From: Oopsacas minuta
Lineage: Eukaryota; Animalia; Porifera
Direction of reading: 5' to 3'
Assembly (NCBI GenBank): GCA_024704765.1
Contig: JAKMXF010000066.1
Span: 310,001 to 374,000 of the forward strand
DNA: 64,000 nt
Position numbers and translations under genes: made by a program. The notes beneath the pieces were generated by a model that was given only the letters and a program-made list of their open reading frames with translations, was not told where the DNA came from and made no database searches. Shown here in pieces: positions 50,601-61,508 of this stretch (position 1 is its first letter; the number at the start of each line of letters is the position of its first letter).

Positions 50601-53600
50601 ACTTATCACATGCACAGAGGATCTCATGGTTTTAATCTAATGGGTCAGTGATAAATAATTTCCATAGACATACAGTCAACTCCCCCAATATCGAACACGG
50701 ATATAGCGAAGTCTGACATTGTACAAATATGGTCCCAAACTGTCAATATAGCAAAATAACAAATTCATCGGGTTATATCGAACTTCGCTTATATCAAAGT
50801 AATTATTGCAGTCCCTTGCGAGCTTCAATATAACAGGAGTTGACTGTAATCCTTCACAACTAAACTACGAATATTACAGATATATCAAACACGTCAGCAA
50901 ATACGTACACATAATCTGAGGACAATCGTTAATACTATATATAATAATTCAAACACTGATGTTACAGTAACAAATATCGCAGTTATCGACAGTAAATCGA
51001 AATATAAAGGAAAATATAAACTCAATTTAGGTATAGTGGTATACTAGGCTTATACAGATGTAACATAATACTCAGAATGAGAGGTTAAATACACAAAAAA
51101 ATTACAGAAGAATTAAATCAGTCAGTGAAGCATGCAAACAATTCTACTCACTATATTTGTATCTCTGCTGGTACAAAGGGGATATAGCGACGACACTCCC
51201 CCTCTAGGACAAGGGTATTTCATTCCAAAGCATAACTTGCTAGGGGAGCAACTATTAGGCGGGCAAACTCTACTCGACATGACAGCTGATTGTTGGAATT
51301 GTGTCAGAGACGAAGGTACATATCAGAAAACGGATGTGTACACAAATACGGAGAGATTTTACAGGTCTCTCACCTCGACTACTTCCCTCTCTCCCAAGCT
51401 AGAAACCGACTTCACGCTAGGAGCTACGCTAGACATAACCTCAAACGGGATTAGCGGGGGTGTGAGAAATCTCACTGGAGTATCTTTGAACGATTATACA
51501 ACTTCTTTAATTTGTTTTCTAAAAAGTGTGTGTTTGAGCAAAAACAAATTAAACATTGATTTCCAGAAGGATTTTGAAGCATTGAATCCTAGCATTAAGG
51601 AGCCTTGGTTGGAGTCTAATTGGGTAGATTACGAAACATTCTATAACAAATACGGATCTCACTTTATAACAGAAGTAGCATATGGAGCAAGATTTTATGA
51701 GCACGCATTTTCAGACGCAAGAATGAGCTATACTTCGCGAAATTTGACAGTTAGAGCATGCGCTGCATTAGCCGGGCCAGCTGGGATTGGTATTCTGGAG
51801 ATAGAAGCCTGTGAGGGCATAAATAAACAGGAAATAGACTCAGTGTCTTCTCTTGCTATCTACACACTTCTAGTTATAAGAGGGGGTACAGCTAAAACCA
51901 GGGCTGAGCTTTATAAGAACAGAACTGTTGCAGGAATAGCAAAGTTTATGAGTGAAGCAAATGCAACCGAAATGCCAATAAAGTACAATTTCATGCCAAT
52001 TTGGTCGCTCCTACAGTTGAGGTATCTAGACACAGAACACTACTCAAAGGCTAGGAACCTTGCTGCGTATTATCTGGGATTTGGTAATTATGGATGTGAA
52101 TACCAGCCTGTAATTAATACAAGCAAGTTCAAGGTGGAATATTACCAAAGGTTCGAATACGCTCCGACATCCACTGATAGCATTCCAACATTCCAATGCG
52201 TAATAGCGCCTCAGGGCTGTCACGCTGATACCGACTGTCACAAGCATGACATTATACGCTGCTCATGTCACGGAGATTCCTGTATCAGACATTTCCCTAA
52301 CACTCTGGATACTAGTGTTATCAAGAAAGTAGCTCGACCTAACTATGACATAAAATGGGGAGCATACGGTTGTGGACAACACCTCCTAAAGTGTAGTTGT
52401 GACAATATGGACTGGGGATATTCTACAGTATGGCAGCAGGATAAAGACACTGATTATCCTACCATTAAGTCATAAGGGAAACAACTATATATGATTTATG
52501 CATGATTTCTGGTAAAAGACATTTCATGGAGTAATTTGCCTGTAGTTTGTAGGTACGTATATTGTACACGTAGTTATAAATTATTCAAAATCATAAGACA
52601 CGAGATATTGATGATGGACTATTCTTACCTCTAGGGGGAGGTCCTCGGTAGGATGAACCTTGTCCTTGATAGTTTCCTACAATGAATTCACGTATTAATA
52701 CGGTATAAGCACGTGTACGTATTTCAATTAAGAAACATATCTACACAATTCTACAGTCAACGTAATTTAGTATAGGTCAATTTGTTAGGTAGATAGACTG
52801 TTTGTGGAATTACGTGCAATTGTTGTGATAGTATATCGTGGAACCTCTGAATAACGAACAATTTGTGGGTTGTAAATATAAATTATCGAAGTGTTCGATT
52901 CAAGATGCCAAATCGTATATATTTGCGACAAATCAGATTATTCCAATCGTGTAATAATTGAAAAATCTCACAAATATAAAATAAATTTTCATCAACAAAC
53001 ATGAATGGAGCGCGGCGAGAAACTAAGAAATTAATAATATTAGACTAGACCATTATAAACATAGAGAATTACGCTTATCAATAGTAAGTCTATCGTCTAT
53101 GCGGTTGGAACGCCATAAAATTTATCAAAAAGTATGAAACTGTAACCGCAAGATTGTTCAAATACCAAACGACAATTATCTATTTTTAATACAAATGAAA
53201 TACAACACAGATATGGTAGTGTAATATTACTATATACCTCTAGATCCATAATGATCCATTCCACCACCGCCCATACCAGTAGAATAGTCCTCTCTAGGAT
53301 AGTTAGGTGCACCGTAGTGTTGCTGGTCCTGATAAAAATAATTAAACATGAATATATAAGAGATATACTAACCAACCATTCCTCTAGGTGGAGGAGGCCC
53401 ATCATAGGAGGAGGTACCGCCCATACCCATAGATGGTTGTCTCCCTTGTCCCTCGTATGAGTCTGTAGGAGGAGTAGGGTCTCCATAGCTGGGAGGAGGC
53501 TGAGGGGGTCCGTACTGTTGTCCGGGGGCGGAGCCGTAAGAAGGTCCTCCCCTGTACTCAGGTTGCCCTGTACCACCACTTGCTCCACTGTAGCTAGTAT

Positions 53601-56600
53601 TCGCGTACATGCTAGCAGTATTCCCGCTCTGATAGCTTGGCTAGAGAGATATATCAGTCAGTATATACGAAAATATGATCAGCAAATATCATAGAATAGT
53701 GATGTAGCTAGATTGATTAGTTAATACCTGTTGGGAGTATGAAGCATATTGTGAAGTGGAGTATGATGGAGTAGAAGTAGGCGCGTAAGATCCTGCAGCG
53801 CCTGTCAAACAATAGAAACATATTTAGGTGCCCAGTAAAGTACATTAATCATATAATATCTAAGTCAGCGGTTCCCAACTGAGTCAACAGGATCCCAAAA
53901 TTTGTATTGCAGTCTATGGGAGAGGGTTCACTACCTGTTAAAATTGGTATAGGGAGTCATTGGTGAAAAAGATTGGGAACCGCTATCTAAGTAATTAAAT
54001 TTTAGAATAAGATATCTTTGGGAAATGGGTCGAATTCCGATAGATATGCTCTAAGAGTGCTTCCAATGGCCTGGTTCAGATCGGCATTCTTATCCAACGC
54101 AGCAATAAAGCAACGAACGATAAAAGAGTACATACGCATTAAATTCATATAAACAGTGTATTTGCTTGAGCCAGTATATTGATGAAAGAGGCAACCACAC
54201 ATATAAAATAGAATTGATAGTAATGATCGAATATGGTTATTTGTCCTGTGATTTTGTACTTAGATATTATCACAGATTCAGATAAAGGACTTCGTAGAAG
54301 CAAAAGAGACAATTAGAATGGATAATGATTCAATTGGATGGACAATAGTAAGAAACTCTTTGACAGAACTCCAATACATTGTTATAATACCATTACGAGA
54401 ATGCTAATTACAGAAATAAATAATTTAAGAAAGAATTTGAAGCAGCAGGTTTGCCATTACAGATGTTAGTCTCTCTAATTATTTGTTAGATAATCTGCCA
54501 CAGTTACTGAGCGATTCGCTAACACTACTGTTCATTACAAAGTAGAGTTTGATAGTAGACCTCAGGAAATTACTAACACACCGATTGAAAATGTTAATAC
54601 ACATAGGATATAGCAAAATGAACGGAAAAATTACTTTGAAAAATATGAGTTACTGCAGGGAGTATATTGTGTAATCTAAGAAACAATATGAATACTGCGA
54701 GTATCAGGCAAATCTAATTTCGTTCTTCTTTAGATGTTTAATTTGGTAACTTTAGAGGAAATTATCTAAACTGGTATGGTGATTGCCGATTGTTGTCATT
54801 TAAGTATTTTCCATTACTTTGTTATATTAGTGACACATTAGATCGTTATCTAAATACAAAGATATGCAAATCTATCAATTTGCAGTAGAATCACCATTAG
54901 ATTGATAGTTTAACCTTAAAAAAGGCCTTATACGGTTAAAAAGAATGTTGTATATTACATATACATAGCAAGAATCTATAAAAATAAAAGATAAGATAAT
55001 TCTATGAGAAGTTAACGCAACATTTAGCCAATTAGATAATAATACAACGCAGGGAGATTTTGAGAACTGTATTCAAGAATGAATGGAGAGAAGAGCTATA
55101 ACTCAGGGATATGCACAAGAAGCAACATAAAGTTGATATCTCCAGATTTAGTTAGTCAAACTATTTGTATAAGTAAATCGTCAAATAAATTTACTCGAGT
55201 TAAACTGGAAGAATAAAATGGAGCGGTTCATAAACAAGTTCGTATTAAAAGTTAGCGTGAAGAAATATTATCAGAGACTACCAAGTGAAGATACACCTAA
55301 CGAATTGAAGAAAGAGCAAATTCAGGAAATGAATACAGAGAATATTCCAACACAAACCGAATCGAAATTAACTCCACCCTCAAGCACAAAGCTGTTTACC
55401 CTAATAAAGCGAGGTAAAATAGAGAGAGAAGCGAACAGAGGGAAATACACACAATTAGAAGCAAACTGTAATCTCAGTAAAGAAGAGATGGAAGAAATTT
55501 ACAATAACAATTTCACAGATTAACTCGTGTTGTAAGATATGTATAAATACGCATTAACATTTCACTACTTTGGATGAATTTATAATGGTAATAAATTGAA
55601 GTAAATAATATTATTGACTTGGAATTATGAATTCTCTGAATGTATCATTTGAAATATCATAGGATACAATGTTGTAATATATTGGGCAATTTACCATGAG
55701 ATACATAACTATACCGTTGATATTAATAGTACCCAATGAGCACTTATTGTCGAACTACCTAAAACACACTGGAGAGCGAAAACATTTGCTAAAAATTGAT
55801 AATTATGTACCTACGTAAGTACATAAGTTTAACATAACCGTGAGGGACTCAAGGATACTATTCCGATTCACCATTCGGCAGCGTTATACGTTAGGCATAG
55901 GTCGCTAACAACACAATTCAAGCTGTTAGGTTAAAGTTTAACATATTACGTATCATTAATTACATTACTGATCTACAGTCTTGGGCCATCTGCTATATTG
56001 ACTTAAGGCTTGTGAAATATAATATATTCTCGCGTGATGTTGGGAATAATAGGATTAATTACAAGAATGATTTGCATATAAGTAAACGATTCCTAGATGG
56101 AATTACTATTGTCCATAGAATTGACGTTAAAATGCCTCAACTTAAACCTAAAAGTAAAAAATCGAAAAAAAAGTCCAAAAAGACACGAAATGGGAAAAAT
56201 AAAAATTGGTACAAGAAGCTAGAAGGGCCTAGCCAGTTCTACAGTGAGAAGGTATTTAATACAAACAGCTCGAGCGAATCTGATTCTGACTTTGAAATAG
56301 ACTGGGGAGAAGAGCGAAATGAAGTTTCATATGAACTAACTCTAAAGTCCCCTACAGATGACTCTGTAATAGTATGCAGTGTACCAGCAAAACCAACTGG
56401 GAAGAAATACATGAAAGAATTAATACATTGTAAAAACTGTGGTGGTTGTAGCTTAGAGCTTGGATGGGAAATACAAACAGAGGAAGGGAAGTTCTATGTA
56501 ATTGATTATCACTTGATATTTACTATGGAAGAGTTGCTAGCGATAATTCTCACTGAGAGAATACAGAAATATGCCAGGACTCGTAATGTGAAGAAAAAGG

Positions 56601-59600
56601 CGTCAAAAAGTAATTAAATACTCCTAGAGTATAAATAACGTGTAGAACACTGGTTATGTTTGTATTTGTAGATACATATCCATATAGTTAGTATTTGGAT
56701 ATTGTAGAATTGTGTTACATTTTTGAAATAAAATATTTCAATTTGATCTATTAAACTAGACTACTAGTCGAATTGTTTTGACTAAAAATGGTCCTCTATA
56801 TGCGAATTAGATGTTATAAACCATGGATGGTAGATTTCGTGGTTTTAAGTTATATAGAAATTCCTCCCTAATCTCGCATCAAAAATCCTTGACAACATCC
56901 AAGCATGTATAGTAACTAATCCGGGAAAATACCCAAACCAAAAACAGAGGAGTGCCTTATACAATAGAACAACATTCAAGCAGATATACGAAATCCACCA
57001 TCCATGGTTAATAACCATGTAGAGGAGGAAACAATTTTTGTCATATTATATAACAAATAATAAAATCATATGTATTGTACCATGGATATAACTGATATCT
57101 GAATACTACATTTATTACTGACTAGAGAAAATATTCAAAAGTTACCAAGCGCAATCCATGAGAACTCATAAAACCTAAAATATATTAACTGTGGATAAGT
57201 GTGTAAACCAATTTCTTAATTCAACTTTAAATGAACGTCAAAAGATGCGAAAATATGATTAATCCTATGATAATTATAAATATTTGTAAATGTAGTGCTG
57301 GAAAAGATACATATGGACAAGTTGTAAATTCCTGGTTTTCTGCTACTGTAAGTGACAAAGTGAATAATAAATAATTTCAAAAAGTTTTCCATCAATTTTA
57401 TAGAAAATGTCAATCACAATTACTCCAAACATAAGAACATGGGGAAGACAATGTATAGATGAACCGGCAATTACAAAGGACACGAACTCATAATTATATA
57501 TTACCATAGAAATATACGATGGCATAATTAATCCCATTTCTCGTTATAATATCTATAATTAGATGATATATTACTTAATCTGATATAAATAGAGATGCTA
57601 AGTATACATACAATACGATACACGTGTTGCTCTGCTTTATGGAAATGGAAACTAATATGATTAAAGGTAACTTGGCAGATTAACGTGAGTATTAATAGAA
57701 TAACACCTTACTAGATTAAACATATATGAAGCGGCACAATATCTGAAGAGATGGCTGTGTGCACCGTGCACGAGTATATATATATAAGAAAAGAATGGAG
57801 ATTGACATAAAGGCAAAAGTCAGAGATGGGAATAATGAACAGTAAGTTCAGTCGAATATCACCTGAAACAGTGGAGAAAGGAGATATCGTAGTAAACAAG
57901 GTTAAATATCCTCGTCAATACGCAGTGTATATCGGAGAAGGGAAAGTTATTGAGTATATACACAAAGGCAATAGTGTGGGAGAGATTATAACAAATAACT
58001 TGAAGAGTTTCCACAAGAACGGAGTATTAAGAATTCGTGGAATTAGAATATTTAGACTTGAATACCCAGAGAGAGTAGACAGAGCTTACAATCTATTAAT
58101 CAATCCAACTCAGGAATGGAACATGTATAATCATAGGTTTATGAACAGTGAAACATTTGTACGATATTGTACTACAGGGATGTTGAATGATAGAACAATA
58201 CCTATGAGGAGGAGAATAGTTTGGAGTATAGCAGATAAGATTAATAATAGTATTAATGGGAGAGCGAGGAAAAGAATGGAGATTTGATTGTTTGACAATA
58301 ATTATGTATTCTGTAATGTAAAAAAATAATTTAATATGTAAATAAGTATACATGTGGGCAATTCTATTTTACTGATATAGGAACGTTCTTTCGTGTATAA
58401 ATTTGTTTTCATAGGAATGGGGACAACAACAATGCGTAAATACCAAGGGTCTAGTTTTAACAGGATTAGTTTTATGGAAATACTAAAGTCAAATACTTGA
58501 CAATTGTCAAGTTATAGAGCATTATAGTATCTTTATTAGCCCTGCTGGTAAGTTGTAATTGAGTAGACAACTCTGATACCAAGGATGTTGTAAATCTATC
58601 AATCGTAATGAAATCAAGACGGAATGTTTCTATTAACTATCCCTGGTCTATCTGTTACAACTTAAGCGATAAGAACACACACATATGGCACAAGGTGAGC
58701 GGTCCTACCGTCCTGGATCTCAAATATATTATATTATATTATACTATTCGGAATAGGGCAGTATTAAAAAGTCACTTACATATCGTTTCAAAACGACAAA
58801 TAAAATATCTCAATACGTGGGTATTATATCCAAAGCTACCTGATTCCAATAACATTATGTTTTGTTGACCTAACCTGCTTGTGACCAAACGTGGTATTAA
58901 CCAAATACGACATAGAATAATCAATGGAAAGAGACAGTGCATACTCAAATCTACTCACCGAGAAGAAGAAGGAGGAGGTACAAAGATTTTCAGATAAATA
59001 AATCTGATATATACGTAACAATATTCCAAATTTAATAAAACAGGTCAATTGATACAATAGCTTACTTGGGTTGGCCCCATGTTCATAAGACTGAGCTCCT
59101 CCTGTCGTGTAAGGTCTGGATGCAGTATTACTCCCGTAGTAAGGGGAACTAACAGCTGTAGTAGTGGTTATGGTTGTGTCTCCATACGAGTAGCTGCTAT
59201 AGCTACCAGTCCCTGGTCGCTAAATTACAATACAAGTACACTGTTGTATAAACTGTATATACTACCTGAATATTTGAACATTGTCACATAAATGGATTAC
59301 GATCGTTCTGTATAATGAAGATATCAAAAATGACTTGATTTACTCCAGAAACAATGGAATTTGTAAATGCCTAACCAAAAGATGCGCTAATGACGTCAGA
59401 TTACCACACATATATGCTACATACATACGAGTTACGTTGACAATACATAACATAGAATGAAGCAATATGTAAGATACCTGTGTAGCATATGAATCAGTGG
59501 TAGGCTGATATTGAGGAACTGAAGTAGGAGCAGTGGTAGAACGAGCAGTAGACTGAGTGTAGTTATAGTACTGATAAGGATCAGAAGTGTAGCTAGAGAT

Positions 59601-60469
59601 AGAATAGGATAATTGATAAACAAATTGGTAAAGACGTTTGATAATCTCACTTGTAAGTTGAATATGTAGCAGCTTGAGTAGGGTCAGTAGCTGGAGCTAC
59701 ACTAGTAGAGGCAGCAGACACAGCAGCAACACCGCTAGCACTGGTAGAGTAACTACTGTATGGATTCTGATACTGAGGATAGCTATAGGATAGGATAAAT
59801 AAGTTTCAATTGACCTACAACATGCAAGTAAGAAGTAATAATCAGGTATATACCTAGAATAAGCAGCAGCAGTGCTCCCTGTAGACACAGAGGGAGTAGT
59901 TGTGGCTGTAGACTGACCAGTGAGAGAGTAGTTAACTCCGTACAGAGCCTGTGCTGCAGCCGCAGTAGAACTATCGTATAGAGCTAATGGAATAAATGTT
60001 GAAGTAAAGTGAGAGTATTTTATCATATGGCATGGAAATTTTAGAGACCATATATAACTACAGCATAATCTCCATAAACAGGGAAAATGCTATCTAGGGT
60101 CCTCGTTGCTGCCAAATTCCCCCTTCGCGGAGGTACATGTTCATTTGTATGGGCTAGGAGTTCGCTCTATTTATTTTTTCCACTCAGTTTCCAGAAATTC
60201 CGTTTCCACAGGCCCCCGTAAGTGGAAGAATCACTAAAACTCAAAAACTTTGATATAAGAAATGTATGTCAAAATATAATTTTCATAAACGATAAATTAC
60301 TGCATCAAATCGACATGTATTTACCTGTTGGCGCAGGGGTAGCAGTACTGACAGCTAAAGAGGTAGAAGTACCCGTGGCGTCATAAGCAACACTAGCAAC
60401 ACCTGGTATAGCGTAGGGGAGAGGTGGAGGCATCAGGTAGGGATAATACGAAGGATAGCTGTTTGTCAT
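44650..60469 (-). CDS. EWSR1/FUS: FET-family RNA-binding protein (EWS/FUS/TAF15-like), about 15 coding exons
   Basis: S/Y/T/A/Q/G-rich N-terminal exons (60469-52628) and RGG exons. FET-type [13 protein letters not shown]...[17 protein letters not shown]...[19 protein letters not shown]. RanBP2 zinc finger [23 protein letters not shown]-terminal PY-NLS RRVKPY*. Junction phases match across the long introns. Confidence 0.9.
44739..44897. mobile_element. Tc1/pogo-type MITE in the last FET intron
   Basis: TA|CAGTGGATGACAGTTATAAGAACACC versus reverse complement of the right end CAGTAGGTTCCGGATATAAGAACGCC. Confidence 0.6.
50103..50294. mobile_element. Family-1 MITE, reverse orientation
   Basis: TA|CAGTCAGCTCCCCTTATATCGAAGCTCAAGGGATCGCG is the reverse complement of the family right arm. 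Confidence 0.65.
50673..50846. mobile_element. Best-preserved family-1 Tc1/pogo-type MITE with TA target-site duplication
   Basis: TA|CAGTCAACTCC...GGAGTTGACTG|TA: an 11-bp perfect terminal inverted repeat with TA on both sides. Confidence 0.88.
51132..52475 (+). CDS. Secreted MACPF (perforin-like) protein with a Cys-rich C-terminus, intronless, nested antisense in a FET intron
   Basis: Signal peptide [24 protein letters not shown] near the N-terminus. MACPF signature region [22 protein letters not shown], plus IRGG and [11 protein letters not shown]-terminal CVIAPQGC...DC...CSCHGDSC. Confidence 0.88.
   Translation: MQTILLTIFVSLLVQRGYSDDTPPLGQGYFIPKHNLLGEQLLGGQTLLDMTADCWNCVRDEGTYQKTDVYTNTERFYRSLTSTTSLSPKLETDFTLGATLDITSNGISGGVRNLTGVSLNDYTTSLICFLKSVCLSKNKLNIDFQKDFEALNPSIKEPWLESNWVDYETFYNKYGSHFITEVAYGARFYEHAFSDARMSYTSRNLTVRACAALAGPAGIGILEIEACEGINKQEIDSVSSLAIYTLLVIRGGTAKTRAELYKNRTVAGIAKFMSEANATEMPIKYNFMPIWSLLQLRYLDTEHYSKARNLAAYYLGFGNYGCEYQPVINTSKFKVEYYQRFEYAPTSTDSIPTFQCVIAPQGCHADTDCHKHDIIRCSCHGDSCIRHFPNTLDTSVIKKVARPNYDIKWGAYGCGQHLLKCSCDNMDWGYSTVWQQDKDTDYPTIKS
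53866..53984. mobile_element. hAT-superfamily MITE with an 8-bp target-site duplication
   Basis: ATCTAAGT|CAGCGGTTCCCAA...TTGGGAACCGCT|ATCTAAGT (direct repeats at 53858-53865 and 53985-53992). Confidence 0.85.
55218..55523 (+). CDS. Orphan 101-aa Lys/Glu-rich ORF nested in a FET intron
   Basis: ATG start and purine-rich, coding-like composition. No recognisable domain. Confidence 0.4.
   Translation: MERFINKFVLKVSVKKYYQRLPSEDTPNELKKEQIQEMNTENIPTQTESKLTPPSSTKLFTLIKRGKIEREANRGKYTQLEANCNLSKEEMEEIYNNNFTD
56132..56617 (+). CDS. Orphan ~161-aa protein (basic N-terminus, Ser/acidic patch, CKNCGGC motif) nested in a FET intron
   Basis: First ATG in a 200-codon open frame. Protein-like composition with an NLS-like [13 protein letters not shown] run. 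No family recognised. Confidence 0.55.
   Translation: MPQLKPKSKKSKKKSKKTRNGKNKNWYKKLEGPSQFYSEKVFNTNSSSESDSDFEIDWGEERNEVSYELTLKSPTDDSVIVCSVPAKPTGKKYMKELIHCKNCGGCSLELGWEIQTEEGKFYVIDYHLIFTMEELLAIILTERIQKYARTRNVKKKASKSN
56819..57009. mobile_element. MITE with 22-bp TIRs, superfamily unassigned
   Basis: AACCATGGATGGTAGATTTCGT...ACGAAATCCACCATCCATGGTT (one mismatch). Confidence 0.78.
57826..58287 (+). CDS. LRAT/PLAAT-fold protein with substituted catalytic residues (pseudoenzyme), nested in a FET intron
   Basis: KGDIV...[15 protein letters not shown]...[18 protein letters not shown] aligns with HYGVYLG..VIHF..NCEHF..YCATG of the two other copies. Starts MGIMNS (MGxxxS). Confidence 0.8.
   Translation: MGIMNSKFSRISPETVEKGDIVVNKVKYPRQYAVYIGEGKVIEYIHKGNSVGEIITNNLKSFHKNGVLRIRGIRIFRLEYPERVDRAYNLLINPTQEWNMYNHRFMNSETFVRYCTTGMLNDRTIPMRRRIVWSIADKINNSINGRARKRMEI
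60061..60235. mobile_element. Degenerate family-2 MITE in the first coding intron of the FET gene
   Basis: TA|CAGCATAATCTCCAT at the left and GTGGAAGAATCACT at the right. Internal CTGCCAAATTCCCC is shared with 11130-11229. Confidence 0.45.
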
Positions 60470-61508
60470 CTCTCAATGATGAAATTATATAAGTCACAAT
60501 ATGCTAATTATAGAATTAAAATATAGTCAACTACATACGGATTATAATAGCTGAGGTTGCATAACAATACCAATGTTTTCAGTGTAGTCTATTGGCTCAT
60601 AACAACCATGATTAGTGTCAACCTGAGGAGAAAACTACACAATTCACGGAGTATGTAAATTTGTAAATAAATTATATTCTATATATAGTATACAAAGGTG
60701 ATAATTATGTATTCAAATATTAAATCGTGAGTAGAATAATTTTACCCATAACTCTTATGGGTAAACCATTTGGTTTACTTACAAGTGTAATGGGTAAAAT
60801 TATCGCACAGTGCGGAGAAGATTACTTGGATAAAGACGAATAATCTCAATCCAGTGAATTCACAATTCTTATAAGAGCCAGTCACACAGTCAGGACTCTA
60901 TGAATATACAGTAGTGCTTTGAATTGATATTGTTACCTTATAGCTTAGTATCATAGTCAGTCTACCCGGGCACTGATTAGTACAAACTAGACAAATTGCT
61001 ACAAATTTTGCATACATACATTTGGAGCCTAGATTGCCTTAGAGTAGCCAATTCAATACCTACGTCTCCTTCGATACGATTGCTCAAGTTGAACTGATCA
61101 ATTCTTATTATACAACTAACTGGTGTAAATCCAAACGAGTGATTTAATTCTGTTAGTTTATTAAATGACTGATTATTGAATGTCAGCTTCTGATATGAAA
61201 AGGAGTGACATGTGATCTGTTCAGTGTTATTTCAATGAAATCGAAGCCATTTTCAAATTGTTTCTACTGGGGTACTAACTAGTACTCATTGGACGAATTG
61301 CTACATTTTGCATCCTGCGATAATATGGTTGCCAAACAGCTCAATTCCTTTTATCCAACTTCAACAACTAATCTGTATGGACATGACTTTAGTGAGTTTA
61401 GATTCCTTGAATTTTATAGTTTATACGTAATTTATTTGAATGTTTTAATCCCAAATTGGATAATTAACTTTAATAATCACACATCTGAATTATCAAATAG
61501 CCATTAGA

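Noticed and set aside
58959-59003. 45-nt AG/GT-bounded segment as a poison exon of the FET gene (would introduce TGA in phase 1)
   Set aside because: The donor looks good (gtgagt) but the acceptor has a weak pyrimidine tract. It cannot be distinguished from chance without reads.
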